From the IMG/VR virus record IMGVR_UViG_3300042934_000107: a stretch of 64,000 bases of DNA. One strand, 5' to 3'. A model generated the notes under the pieces. The model had not been told where the DNA came from, made no database searches, and worked only from the letters and a program-made list of their open reading frames with translations. A program made the position numbers and the translations under genes. Position 1 is the stretch's first letter. Each line of letters begins with the position of its first letter. The DNA comes from an uncultured virus (IMG/VR IMGVR_UViG_3300042934_000107) (Duplodnaviria; Heunggongvirae; Uroviricota; Caudoviricetes). Positions 1 to 7,497 of this stretch are shown one piece after another.

Positions 1-28
1 ATAATGACATCAACTTGATATTAGGAGT

Positions 29-292
29 GTGTTTATTGTGCCAAGAAATAAAAGAGTAGCAAAAGAATTGAAAACTTATAATTTGAGGATTACGCCTACT
101 GATTATGAGATCATACAACAACAAGCAGCAGCAAACGGTATACCAATGAATACACTGTTGCAAAAGATTATTGCGGACTTCACGAATAGCGAGGAAGTTA
201 CACCTAAAGAGCAGAAGGTTTTGGACGAAATAAAAAGCCTCCCGCTTAAAAAGCGAAAGGCTATCATAAAAGAATTATCGGCTGACAATTAA
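29..292 (+). CDS. Arc-like ribbon-helix-helix repressor (start may be GTG at 38)
   Basis: KTYNLRITPTDYEIIQQQAAANGIPMNTLLQKII RHH pattern; the other copy is divergent from the early operon. Confidence 0.75.
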   Translation: MFIVPRNKRVAKELKTYNLRITPTDYEIIQQQAAANGIPMNTLLQKIIADFTNSEEVTPKEQKVLDEIKSLPLKKRKAIIKELSADN

Positions 293-454
293 TATGCATT
301 CAAGTAACTTATTTACTTCAAACTCATTTAAAGAATCAATATCAATCTTACAATTTCGCAATTCTTTCAGTAATAAGATCAACTTCGGATTGTTTTTACA
401 AACTTCCAAGTTGATCTTATTTTTTTCTATACTCTCTCGTTCGTCCAGTTTCAT
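275..454 (-). CDS. Small protein convergent on repressor; candidate SOS-induced antirepressor
   Basis: Frame conserved in both copies (MKL.ERESIEKNK...); upstream SOS box. Confidence 0.6.
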   Translation of the reverse strand: MKLDERESIEKNKINLEVCKNNPKLILLLKELRNCKIDIDSLNEFEVNKLLECILIVSR

Positions 455-485
455 CAATTTACAACACCATCCTATGTTTATTAGT

Positions 486-499
486 CGAACATCTGTTTG
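486..499. promoter_or_regulatory. Firmicutes LexA/DinR (SOS) box
   Basis: CGAACATCTGTTTG matches CGAAC-N4-GTTYG; just downstream of minus-strand TGnTATAAT. Confidence 0.75.
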
Positions 500-743
500 G
501 TTTGTATTATACCATATAACTTGTACTATTGCATCTAAAACTCCGATCACCAAAAATCCACTGGAAGATACCTCCGCTCGTTGCTACCCATAATCCCTAT
601 ATTATGCAAACTAGCTATGAATTCCTTTGAATTCTATTTGAATACTTTTCAACAAATTCCGACAATTCAGGAGGGGTAAATATTATACAGTAGAAATGTG
701 AAAAAAGTATGAAAGGCAAAAAGAAAGACGGATTATCCGTCAA

Positions 744-998
744 TTATTCGCTTTGCTCTACCATATTATCAATAGTATCATTTAGTATATTAATTTCTTT
801 CTGTAACTCTTCCTTTTCAGCTTGATATGTCTTAATAAGTCCGTGCATCCATTGATTAGTAGATTCTAATTCAGCAACCTTCGCCCTCTATTCTCGGAGT
901 GCTGATATTAGTTCTAATACTAACTCCTTTCCTACATTATCAATAACTATTCCAGTTGAAAATTCTTCTTCAATCTCAGCCAATCGTTCATCTGTCAT
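744..998 (-). pseudogene. Accessory coiled-coil gene interrupted by in-frame TAG at 888..890
   Basis: MTDERLAEI...LRE*RAKVAELE; homolog 44271..44669 reads ERAKVAEL. Confidence 0.65.
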
Positions 999-1149
999 AA
1001 TTATTCGCGCTCCAATTCATCATATCCCATAGCTTCTATCCTAATGTTTACTAATTTTACAACAAGTTTCATATCTTCTGTGCTTAATCCTCTTGCTATC
1101 ATTCTTTCAATTAATTCATTTGCCGTCCAAGTTAAATCAAAACTATCCA

Positions 1150-1521
1150 TTATCTACTCGCCTCCAGTGCTTCTTTAGCGTACCTATGAACAGTGTTAAA
1201 TTCATTTGTACTGTAATCGCGTTTTGATGTAGCATTAAATATAGTCTGCAACGCCTCACGTAACACTCGCTCCCTTTCATCCGCCTGTTCCAATTCTTTT
1301 TCTGCTCGTTGTTGATTTTCCTTTAGGTATGCAATATCCCTATTTGTTATGGCTTCAAAAGAAAAATCCCTTTTTACATCCAATAACGCTTGTATTTCTT
1401 TTTCTAACACTCGCTCCCTGTCATGGGATTGCTTCACAAAATTAATCACTTCTTGCTGATCGTTTCCCGGTATCTCAAAATCGACATTTTCCAATATAAA
1501 TAAAACATCTTTATACTTCAT
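1150..1521 (-). CDS. Phage accessory coiled-coil protein
   Basis: Shares ERERVLREAL and EALEAS segments with 44938..45279. Confidence 0.7.
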   Translation of the reverse strand: MKYKDVLFILENVDFEIPGNDQQEVINFVKQSHDRERVLEKEIQALLDVKRDFSFEAITNRDIAYLKENQQRAEKELEQADERERVLREALQTIFNATSKRDYSTNEFNTVHRYAKEALEASR

Positions 1522-1779
1522 CTACTCCACCCCTTTCAGCTTGTCAAGTTCAGCAGCAAGCCAGCAATTAGTATTGTGACCATTTAATTCACCGCAAATT
1601 TGACATTCGTATAATTCATTTCCTTCGCCATCATATCCACCTGGAACAACGCAAATTTCTTCCATGCGTTGAAGTAATAATCGTAGATTATATTTTAGCT
1701 GGGTGTTTTCTTGCTGTAACTCTTTCTTTCCGTCTATAAAGCCTTGCTTATACGCATTCATCGTTTCTTGTATGTTCAT
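1522..1779 (-). CDS. Phage accessory protein with Cys motif
   Basis: CxxC; shares QQENTQLK and AELDK..VE with 45280..45618. Confidence 0.7.
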   Translation of the reverse strand: MNIQETMNAYKQGFIDGKKELQQENTQLKYNLRLLLQRMEEICVVPGGYDGEGNELYECQICGELNGHNTNCWLAAELDKLKGVE

Positions 1780-2198
1780 TTCCCAACCTCCATTACAGCT
1801 AACAAGGCAGCCTTACAGATTGCGTGTGGTGCTGTTTCACATTCTACATGTTCTATTTCATCTTCAAAAATTTCACTATAGCCGTCCACCATATAGCAAT
1901 TAGAAGCTGTATGTATGTCCGAGTATATTTTATAGTCTTTCATCTTTTCAACAACTTCCCACGCTGCTGCAATGTCGGTACTGTAATTCCGTAATTTATG
2001 ACCATACGCATTGTTCTCAGGTCTTAAGTTAGGTGGATACCAACTTTTAATTAAGTTACTGAACGTCCATCCCATTACCTTTTTAGCGACTAGTGCATCC
2101 AATTCTCTACCCGGCACCATAGCCATAATTTCATCTCTAATTTGCTCTTTTAAAAGTCTATCTTCATTTAACTGTACTTCTTCCCATGAGCTTTTCAT
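1776..2198 (-). CDS. Phage ABA-sandwich (BC1872-like) protein
   Basis: GRELDALVAKKVMGW, YSTDIAAAWEVVEKM, APHAICKAAL motifs. Confidence 0.75.
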   Translation of the reverse strand: MKSSWEEVQLNEDRLLKEQIRDEIMAMVPGRELDALVAKKVMGWTFSNLIKSWYPPNLRPENNAYGHKLRNYSTDIAAAWEVVEKMKDYKIYSDIHTASNCYMVDGYSEIFEDEIEHVECETAPHAICKAALLAVMEVGK

Positions 2199-2351
2199 TG
2201 TGTGTCCTCCAATAAACGATTTATTACGCTTTCATAAGTTATTCTCATAACCATATTGTATGTATCTGCACAATTATTTTCGTCTATTCCACGGATGTAC
2301 AAGTCATGTTTCAGTTTATCAACCATTTGCTGGATTTGCTCTCTATTCATG

Positions 2352-2606
2352 CTAATCCTCCACCTTTTTAGCAAATTTTAATAATTTTTCAAGCGTTGGA
2401 GCAGCTATGTGATATGATCCTATAGGAGTTTCAGGATACCATTGCAACGTCCATATTTCATTAGTATCTCTTGCTTCTTGCTTTGCTTCTTCGTTTTCCC
2501 AATCAACAAGCTGTTGATCCATTATCTCTTCTTCTGCTGTTTTATAAAAATCTTTATGCCTATTGTGAGTTAAATACAATCCGCACTTATGTTTAGGTAA
2601 TTTCAT
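2352..2606 (-). CDS. Hypothetical phage protein
   Basis: ORF with GGAGG RBS in accessory array. Confidence 0.65.
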   Translation of the reverse strand: MKLPKHKCGLYLTHNRHKDFYKTAEEEIMDQQLVDWENEEAKQEARDTNEIWTLQWYPETPIGSYHIAAPTLEKLLKFAKKVED

Positions 2607-2618
2607 TGCCCATCCTCC

Positions 2619-2903
2619 CTATTCTTCTTCGAAATACTCTTTCCATTCTGCACCAAAACATTCTTTATAATCACTTAGTTCTTCGTCATTGCTTTCTATA
2701 ATGTCGTTTAATTCAATAGCTATGAATCTTCTTTGTAAACGTACATCAAGTCCACCTTCATCTAAATTGTGTTCTCCTATGATCCCTACAAATTCATTAA
2801 GGTCATCAAAATATACAGTTGTCCAAGCAGCTATTCTATTTTTTTCTCTGTATAAATGACACTCATTATTCATTAGAAAGTGATATAGTTTCTTACTGTT
2901 CAT
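2619..2903 (-). CDS. Hypothetical phage protein, homolog of 46041..46328
   Basis: KKLYHFLMNNECHLYR...YKECFG.EWKEYFEEE shared; start refined to ATG after GGAGG. Confidence 0.75.
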   Translation of the reverse strand: MNSKKLYHFLMNNECHLYREKNRIAAWTTVYFDDLNEFVGIIGEHNLDEGGLDVRLQRRFIAIELNDIIESNDEELSDYKECFGAEWKEYFEEE

Positions 2904-2907
2904 AATG

Positions 2908-3096
2908 TTAATCCTCCCTATTTGGACTTTCTGGTAATGGCATCCAGTGAGATATTTCCTCAATATCAAAATCGCCAATTCTCCAAGTTCCCCAATCGTT
3001 TATATATTTATCAATAAAAACTTCTCCAATAAAATTACAAACGATAACTTCTTGATCTTCTTCTGGAAGACGATCATTAACATTAATCCATTTCAT
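2908..3096 (-). CDS. DUF551-like phage protein
   Basis: MKWINVNDRLPE...SHWMPLPESP signature. Confidence 0.85.
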   Translation of the reverse strand: MKWINVNDRLPEEDQEVIVCNFIGEVFIDKYINDWGTWRIGDFDIEEISHWMPLPESPNRED

Positions 3097-3493
3097 ATAC
3101 TTTCCTCCTTATTCCTACTGTTTGGCTAATCCATTATTCTTCCCAATAACTCATTTCATCTTCTATAGCTTCAATAAGCTCTTCAACTGTAACATGGTCA
3201 TCTTCTTCAAATTGTTCTGCAAAGCATTTAAAGTTTTCACTAATACTATCTGTTTTGTTTAATATTTCGAGCAATTCTAAAAGTCTTAATATTTCTTTGT
3301 TCATTATTCATCATTCTCCTTTTTACTGTTTGGCTGGTTGGTGGTTAATTATTAACTTTCGGTTTAATTTTACCTAAAACTTTTCTTATTGCGTAAACGC
3401 TGACATTATATTTCTTAGCTAAATTATCCAAAGAAGACCATGTAGTACTATAAGTTGTTTTGATTTCTTCTATTTCTTCGTTAGTAAGTTTGC

Positions 3494-3685
3494 TCACTTT
3501 TCATTCTCCTTTATTAATTTTTCTACTTGAACTCTCAACCACGCTGACGGACTATATCCAAGCTTCTTGCACACTTCTTTAAATTTCCTCCTAGTGCTTT
3601 GCGGTGCAATAAACTGAATATGAACGTCTTTGTCTTTTTCTTCCACCTTATCACCTCTTAAGAGTATTTTATCATGATTTATCAT
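3494..3685 (-). CDS. Small ribbon-helix-helix/CopG-like regulator
   Basis: HIQFIAPQSTRRKFKEVCKKLGYSPSAWLR; matches C-terminus of 47280..47603. Confidence 0.65.
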   Translation of the reverse strand: MINHDKILLRGDKVEEKDKDVHIQFIAPQSTRRKFKEVCKKLGYSPSAWLRVQVEKLIKENEK

Positions 3686-3772
3686 GATTTGTAAAGTAAA
3701 AAAATAGGGTATTTCTACCCAATTAATATATATTTATAATTAGTTTAAAATGTGTTATAAATAGGTTTTAAA

Positions 3773-4081
3773 CTAATTTAATATACCTTCCTTATGTAGC
3801 AACTGTTTAACCAATGTTGAGAAGGGAACAGGTATTGAATTGCAGTATTCATCTATAGCGATAGATTGAGTGTTATTAAAATATACTACCTTTGTAATTT
3901 CAGCTTTGACATCTTTCCTTTTTCTTCCGGCTTTATTTTTAGGCTTTGATTTTGTTGGTGTCATATTTGCGCCTTTTAGGAAGTCTTTTTCTTTACTCTC
4001 TCTTTTGTTATCATCAATTTTATTTACACCAACGTCTTCGAAACTCATAAAATCATCATCATTTTTAGGCATGTATTGCAC
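3773..4081 (-). CDS. ParA partner (probable type Ib centromere-binding protein)
   Basis: Directly downstream of parA; disordered N-terminus, RHH-like C-terminus. Confidence 0.6.
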   Translation of the reverse strand: MQYMPKNDDDFMSFEDVGVNKIDDNKRESKEKDFLKGANMTPTKSKPKNKAGRKRKDVKAEITKVVYFNNTQSIAIDEYCNSIPVPFSTLVKQLLHKEGILN

Positions 4082-4141
4082 CTCTTTAAAATGTATTTAT
4101 AATATATTCAATATGCTTTTTTAATCAGTTTAATATGTATT

Positions 4142-4774
4142 TTAAATATATGTTCTAATCTCACGAACAAGATCGTTTATTTCATCGGCTGCCTTACCAT
4201 CTTTATCTAATTCAATAACACTTACACCTTTCGCATAGGCGGTTTTGTAGTCCTTGCGATGATGTAATACTGTACTCATTAAATTCAAATATCTCTTGTT
4301 ATTCCTTACAAATAACTTTAACTTTCTAATATCTCCTTGACTTCTTGCATCGGCATTATTAATAACAACGTTTGTTTGTACAGTGGTCTCAAATTGTAAG
4401 CTTGCCTGTCTAAGTGTCCCTTCGAACGTCTGTAAGCCGAAAAGCTCCACTTGCGATGGAGACACAGGGGTAATGATAAAATCTGCCCATATCATCGCTA
4501 AACGATTAATAGTGCTATCGTAACCACCGGAGTCAACAACTAATATTTCTTTATTATCGCGATACTGCTTAAATATCTCTTTTGCTTCATCGTCACTGCT
4601 TACTGTAAGACAATTTAAAGGTGTATGTCCTTTTGATTTTCTTATCTTATTAAATAATACAACAGAATTTAGATTATCAAGGTCGAGAATGTCAGCCTTT
4701 AAACTAATACCAAGATTGATTGCTATTGTGCTTTTACCTACTCCTCCTTTTTCATGTGCCACATTAATAATCAT
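4142..4774 (-). CDS. parA: Short ParA/ParF-type partition ATPase
   Basis: Deviant Walker A KGGVGKST, DLD, VVDSGG, final YKTAYAKGVSV motif. Confidence 0.9.
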   Translation of the reverse strand: MIINVAHEKGGVGKSTIAINLGISLKADILDLDNLNSVVLFNKIRKSKGHTPLNCLTVSSDDEAKEIFKQYRDNKEILVVDSGGYDSTINRLAMIWADFIITPVSPSQVELFGLQTFEGTLRQASLQFETTVQTNVVINNADARSQGDIRKLKLFVRNNKRYLNLMSTVLHHRKDYKTAYAKGVSVIELDKDGKAADEINDLVREIRTYI

Positions 4775-4862
4775 TTTACGCACTCCTTTTAAATACATTT
4801 AAAATTAGTTGAAAATGTATTCTATATTAATTTCAAATGCATTCGCCAAAGAATTCAAAATC

Positions 4863-4908
4863 TCCTGCAAATAAAAATAAGCCTGCACTAGCGGTTAGGC
4901 TGTACAGG
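4863..4908 (-). promoter_or_regulatory. Conserved hairpin/terminator plus SigH-like -35 upstream of parA; copy at 48741..48786
   Basis: 45/46 identical in both elements despite unrelated flanks; CCTGTAC..GTGCAGG stem with T tract. Confidence 0.6.
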
Positions 4909-4921
4909 CTTGGAGCGATGT

Positions 4922-5104
4922 TTATTCATTAACTATTTTAACATTATTCCATTTTACAAGTTTATCTTCTAATCCTTCTGCTTTTATTACTTCAATCCCT
5001 TGGTTGTATATAGCCAGTCCAATTGCTTTTTCTATCCCGGGGAGATTCATCACATTCAACATAAATGATTGTCTTTTTTCATTCTTAGTCATAATATCAC
5101 CCAT
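4922..5104 (-). CDS. Small hypothetical protein between ncRNA region and parA
   Basis: ORF preceded by perfect SigA promoter. Confidence 0.55.
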   Translation of the reverse strand: MGDIMTKNEKRQSFMLNVMNLPGIEKAIGLAIYNQGIEVIKAEGLEDKLVKWNNVKIVNE

Positions 5105-5123
5105 TTCTTAACATTTTATGGTA

Positions 5124-5153
5124 ATTATATGTTGTTAATTGATAGATTGTCAA
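5124..5153 (-). promoter_or_regulatory. SigA promoter
   Basis: TTGACA-18-TATAAT. Confidence 0.8.
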
Positions 5154-5184
5154 TAATAAGTGTTGACTTACGATCTAGGATATT

Positions 5185-5650
5185 ATACATCAGGTCACTG
5201 GTTTTCGAGCATAACTTGCCTAAATCCCTGTTAGGGAAGCAGGCAAGTGTGACTGCATCAGTATAACTTGGTATCATATGCACCTGTAGTTTTAACACAG
5301 TATAGCCATCACCATGCCCTCTGGCACTATGTATTTAGTCACGTCTTTTCAGACATAGGTATCCATTGATTAGTTATAATCAATTGCCCAATTCTTTTCT
5401 GCCATGACAGAAGGTGATTAAACCTATGTTGAAACACAACCAATCTCACATGGATGCTACAGGACATTTAAACTGGTTGTGGCGTACTTAGCGTACTTAT
5501 CTACCGCAGTAGTTGCTCTTTCCCCAAAGGAAAGTATACCCCTCTTGGCAGGTATCAGTTTGTCCCACTTGCTAACGCAGGTTTCAGTGTTTATCGGCTG
5601 TATTCGGTAGCCTAGACGTTGTGTTACCGTCTATCCGAACGTTAAAAATC
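5185..5650 (-). ncRNA. Large structured non-coding RNA in the rep slot (candidate replication RNA/primer)
   Basis: No ORF with RBS; at least 10 nested helices incl. GUCU-GAAA-AGAC tetraloop; downstream of attenuator. Confidence 0.65.
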
Positions 5651-5656
5651 CAATAT

Positions 5657-5687
5657 AAAAAGGACATTAACGTTTAACGTTATGTCC
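5657..5687 (-). terminator. Attenuator terminator
   Basis: GGACATAACGT-TAA-ACGTTAATGTCC followed by TTTTT. Confidence 0.75.
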
Positions 5688-5721
5688 CGCTAATTCTCAA
5701 ATATAAATTTTACAAAAATAC

Positions 5722-5751
5722 TTGCACTATATACCGCAAATATGGTATTAT
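5722..5751 (+). promoter_or_regulatory. Countertranscript promoter
   Basis: TTGCAC-18-TATTAT with extended TG. Confidence 0.7.
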
Positions 5752-5756
5752 ATGTT

Positions 5757-5871
5757 CAAGTTCTTGCTCAATCTGTTCGAGAGATTAGCGAGAAGAATTA
5801 AAAACTGCTGATTACAGTTATAATTCCGTTATGTACCTGTAGGCTTAATTGCTTGCAGGTATGTTTCGTTT
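5757..5871 (+). ncRNA. Antisense (copy-control-like) RNA of element A
   Basis: Promoter, hairpin 5761..5794, terminator TACCTGTAGGC/GCTTGCAGGTA 5834..5861; antisense to leader. Confidence 0.7.
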
Positions 5872-5876
5872 ATAAG

Positions 5877-5905
5877 ATTATATCAAATTATTGTGCAATT
5901 TGCAA
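5877..5905 (-). promoter_or_regulatory. SigA promoter for leader plus structured RNA
   Basis: TTGCAA-17-TATAAT. Confidence 0.8.
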
Positions 5906-5949
5906 GAAAAATTTGCATATTTTAACACAATTACGCAAAAACTATATAG

Positions 5950-5958
5950 TTATCCACA
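5950..5958 (+). promoter_or_regulatory. DnaA box
   Basis: Perfect TTATCCACA beside replicon promoter; B has TGTGGATAA at 50069..50077 and 48954..48962. Confidence 0.5.
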
Positions 5959-5963
5959 AATAG

Positions 5964-6008
5964 AAAAACCCGCCTCACTCAAATGAGAGCAAGGCGGGTT
6001 TTTTATTT
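5964..6008. terminator. Bidirectional intrinsic terminator
   Basis: AAAAACCCGCCT...AGGCGGGTTTTTT. Confidence 0.8.
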
Positions 6009-6054
6009 AATTTTGGTAATACTAATAATTAAATTAATAGTGGAGGGATAAATA

Positions 6055-6276
6055 ATGAAAATAACATGTCCAAAATGCAAAGCTAATTCTAAAGATATTG
6101 AAATGACAGCAAACATTTCTTTTATACCAGTAATATATAATGAAAATATTGATGAATTTAAAGTGTCAACTCCGCTGTCTCACGATGTAGAAGAAGTAAA
6201 CTGCAAATGTGTAAATTGCGGTAATACATGGATGTGGAAAGCGTATAGAAGGAATATGTATATAAGGTCAGTTTAG
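6055..6276 (+). CDS. Small zinc-ribbon protein (moron-like)
   Basis: CPKC...CVNC; GGAGG RBS; flanked by terminators. Confidence 0.7.
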   Translation: MKITCPKCKANSKDIEMTANISFIPVIYNENIDEFKVSTPLSHDVEEVNCKCVNCGNTWMWKAYRRNMYIRSV

Positions 6277-6328
6277 AAACAAAAAGCCTCCACCAATTAC
6301 GGTAGAGGCTAATTTTATTTATAAGTTA

Positions 6329-6964
6329 TTATTTAGAATGTCTTACTGGAGTTGTAATTGCTTTTTCAATAGACCACTTTGCAAGAGTTACTCTCCCATA
6401 TAGTGTTTCTCTTTTCATATTATATTCTTTAGCCCATTGTGACAATGTTTGAGTTTTCCCTTTATATGTTATTTTTACACTACTTCTCTTGTTATTGCTT
6501 TGCTCTTCTGACGTAACCCACCTACAATTGTCCTTAAAATATCCTAATTCATTATTGATCCTATCAAGAGTTGTACCTTTAGGCCTTTCACCCATGTCTT
6601 TATAAAACCCTTCAACTGTTAACCATTCGTCGCATACTGTTATTCCTCTTCCTCCGTAATAACTATAATGAGGAACATTTTTATTAGTGCACCTTTGAAC
6701 CATGCCACTCCAAACTTTATGTATTGGATTATGCCTAAGTCCGTGTTTGGTAAATCTATTTTTAGTAACTTCTTTTTGCAAACAACCGCAACTTTTAGTT
6801 TCGCCATTTTTTAAGCTACTACCAAATATTATTTTAATATTACCGCAATCGCATTTGCAATTCCAAAAAGCTTTTCTATTATTAATATGGCTAAAAGATA
6901 AAACAACTATTCTACCAAACCTTTTACCTGTAATGTCAACAATTTTACCCATAACAAAAACCAC
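6329..6964 (-). CDS. Phage HNH-type homing endonuclease
   Basis: WNCKCDCG, KSCGC, YGGRGITVC, TLDRINN..GY..DNCRW motifs. Confidence 0.85.
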   Translation of the reverse strand: MVFVMGKIVDITGKRFGRIVVLSFSHINNRKAFWNCKCDCGNIKIIFGSSLKNGETKSCGCLQKEVTKNRFTKHGLRHNPIHKVWSGMVQRCTNKNVPHYSYYGGRGITVCDEWLTVEGFYKDMGERPKGTTLDRINNELGYFKDNCRWVTSEEQSNNKRSSVKITYKGKTQTLSQWAKEYNMKRETLYGRVTLAKWSIEKAITTPVRHSK

Positions 6965-7005
6965 CCCTTCGCATTAGTAGTTATTTTCTTCGCATATTAA
7001 ATTGT

Positions 7006-7074
7006 ATGTACAAGGGAAGGAGTGCGAAGTCTCTTTTCGCGGTGGTTAATTACTCCACGGCTATCCCTATACAT
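7006..7074 (-). ncRNA. C4-like cloverleaf RNA upstream of HNH gene
   Basis: Three-stem fold; loop CUUCGCA complementary to two downstream UGCGAAG copies (6988..6994, 6967..6973). Confidence 0.65.
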
Positions 7075-7083
7075 ATAATTATA

Positions 7084-7497
7084 CTATTTTTTAACGAGAA
7101 TAGCAACGATTCCAAGTATAGTAAGATCCCTTTGCAGCCTAAGTTTCCTTATCTCACTTTTCGTCTGTTCTTGGTAAGTTTGAAAGGATTTGTTGACCTT
7201 CTCTAATGAGATCGTGGCTTGATTTATTGATTGATTGGCTACTTTCAATTGATTGTCTAATAGATTTATTTGATTGTTCGATATTTTGATTTGTTCTTCT
7301 GATTTCGCTAGTGATTCGTTGGCTATTTTCAACTGCTTGTCCTGCTCCTGTAAGTTCATTTCTAGTTGATTGAATATTGTTTGTAACCTCTCCCGCTGTT
7401 GTTCCTCCATTTGGTACGACTGGGCTGAACACGTCCCAACAAATGACACAAACAACAAGCAACACAATGCCAATGATAATATTTTTCTTATTTGCAT
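7084..7497 (-). CDS. Secreted coiled-coil protein, spanin-like component
   Basis: Signal peptide with Cys, heptad repeats, hydrophobic C-terminus; AAGGAG RBS; follows endolysin. Confidence 0.65.
   Translation of the reverse strand: MQIRKILSLALCCLLFVSFVGTCSAQSYQMEEQQRERLQTIFNQLEMNLQEQDKQLKIANESLAKSEEQIKISNNQINLLDNQLKVANQSINQATISLEKVNKSFQTYQEQTKSEIRKLRLQRDLTILGIVAILVKK

Larger units (their letters stand above)
1..735. repeat. Diverged direct repeat copy 1 (immunity region); copy 2 at ~43534..44275
   Basis: 1..99 identical to 43534..43632; scattered substitutions and small indels thereafter. Confidence 0.95.

Noticed and set aside
888..890. Genome-wide TAG recoding
   Set aside because: Only one interrupted gene; long genes are intact and several end normally in TAG
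5339..5467. 42-codon minus-strand ORF (and plus ORF 5069..5266) in the structured region
   Set aside because: No RBS or recognisable protein features; dense helices explain the sequence better
5185..5650. Group I/II intron or named large RNA (ROOL/GOLLD)
   Set aside because: Not interrupting a gene and no catalytic-core motifs recognised by eye; cannot be assigned without a covariance search
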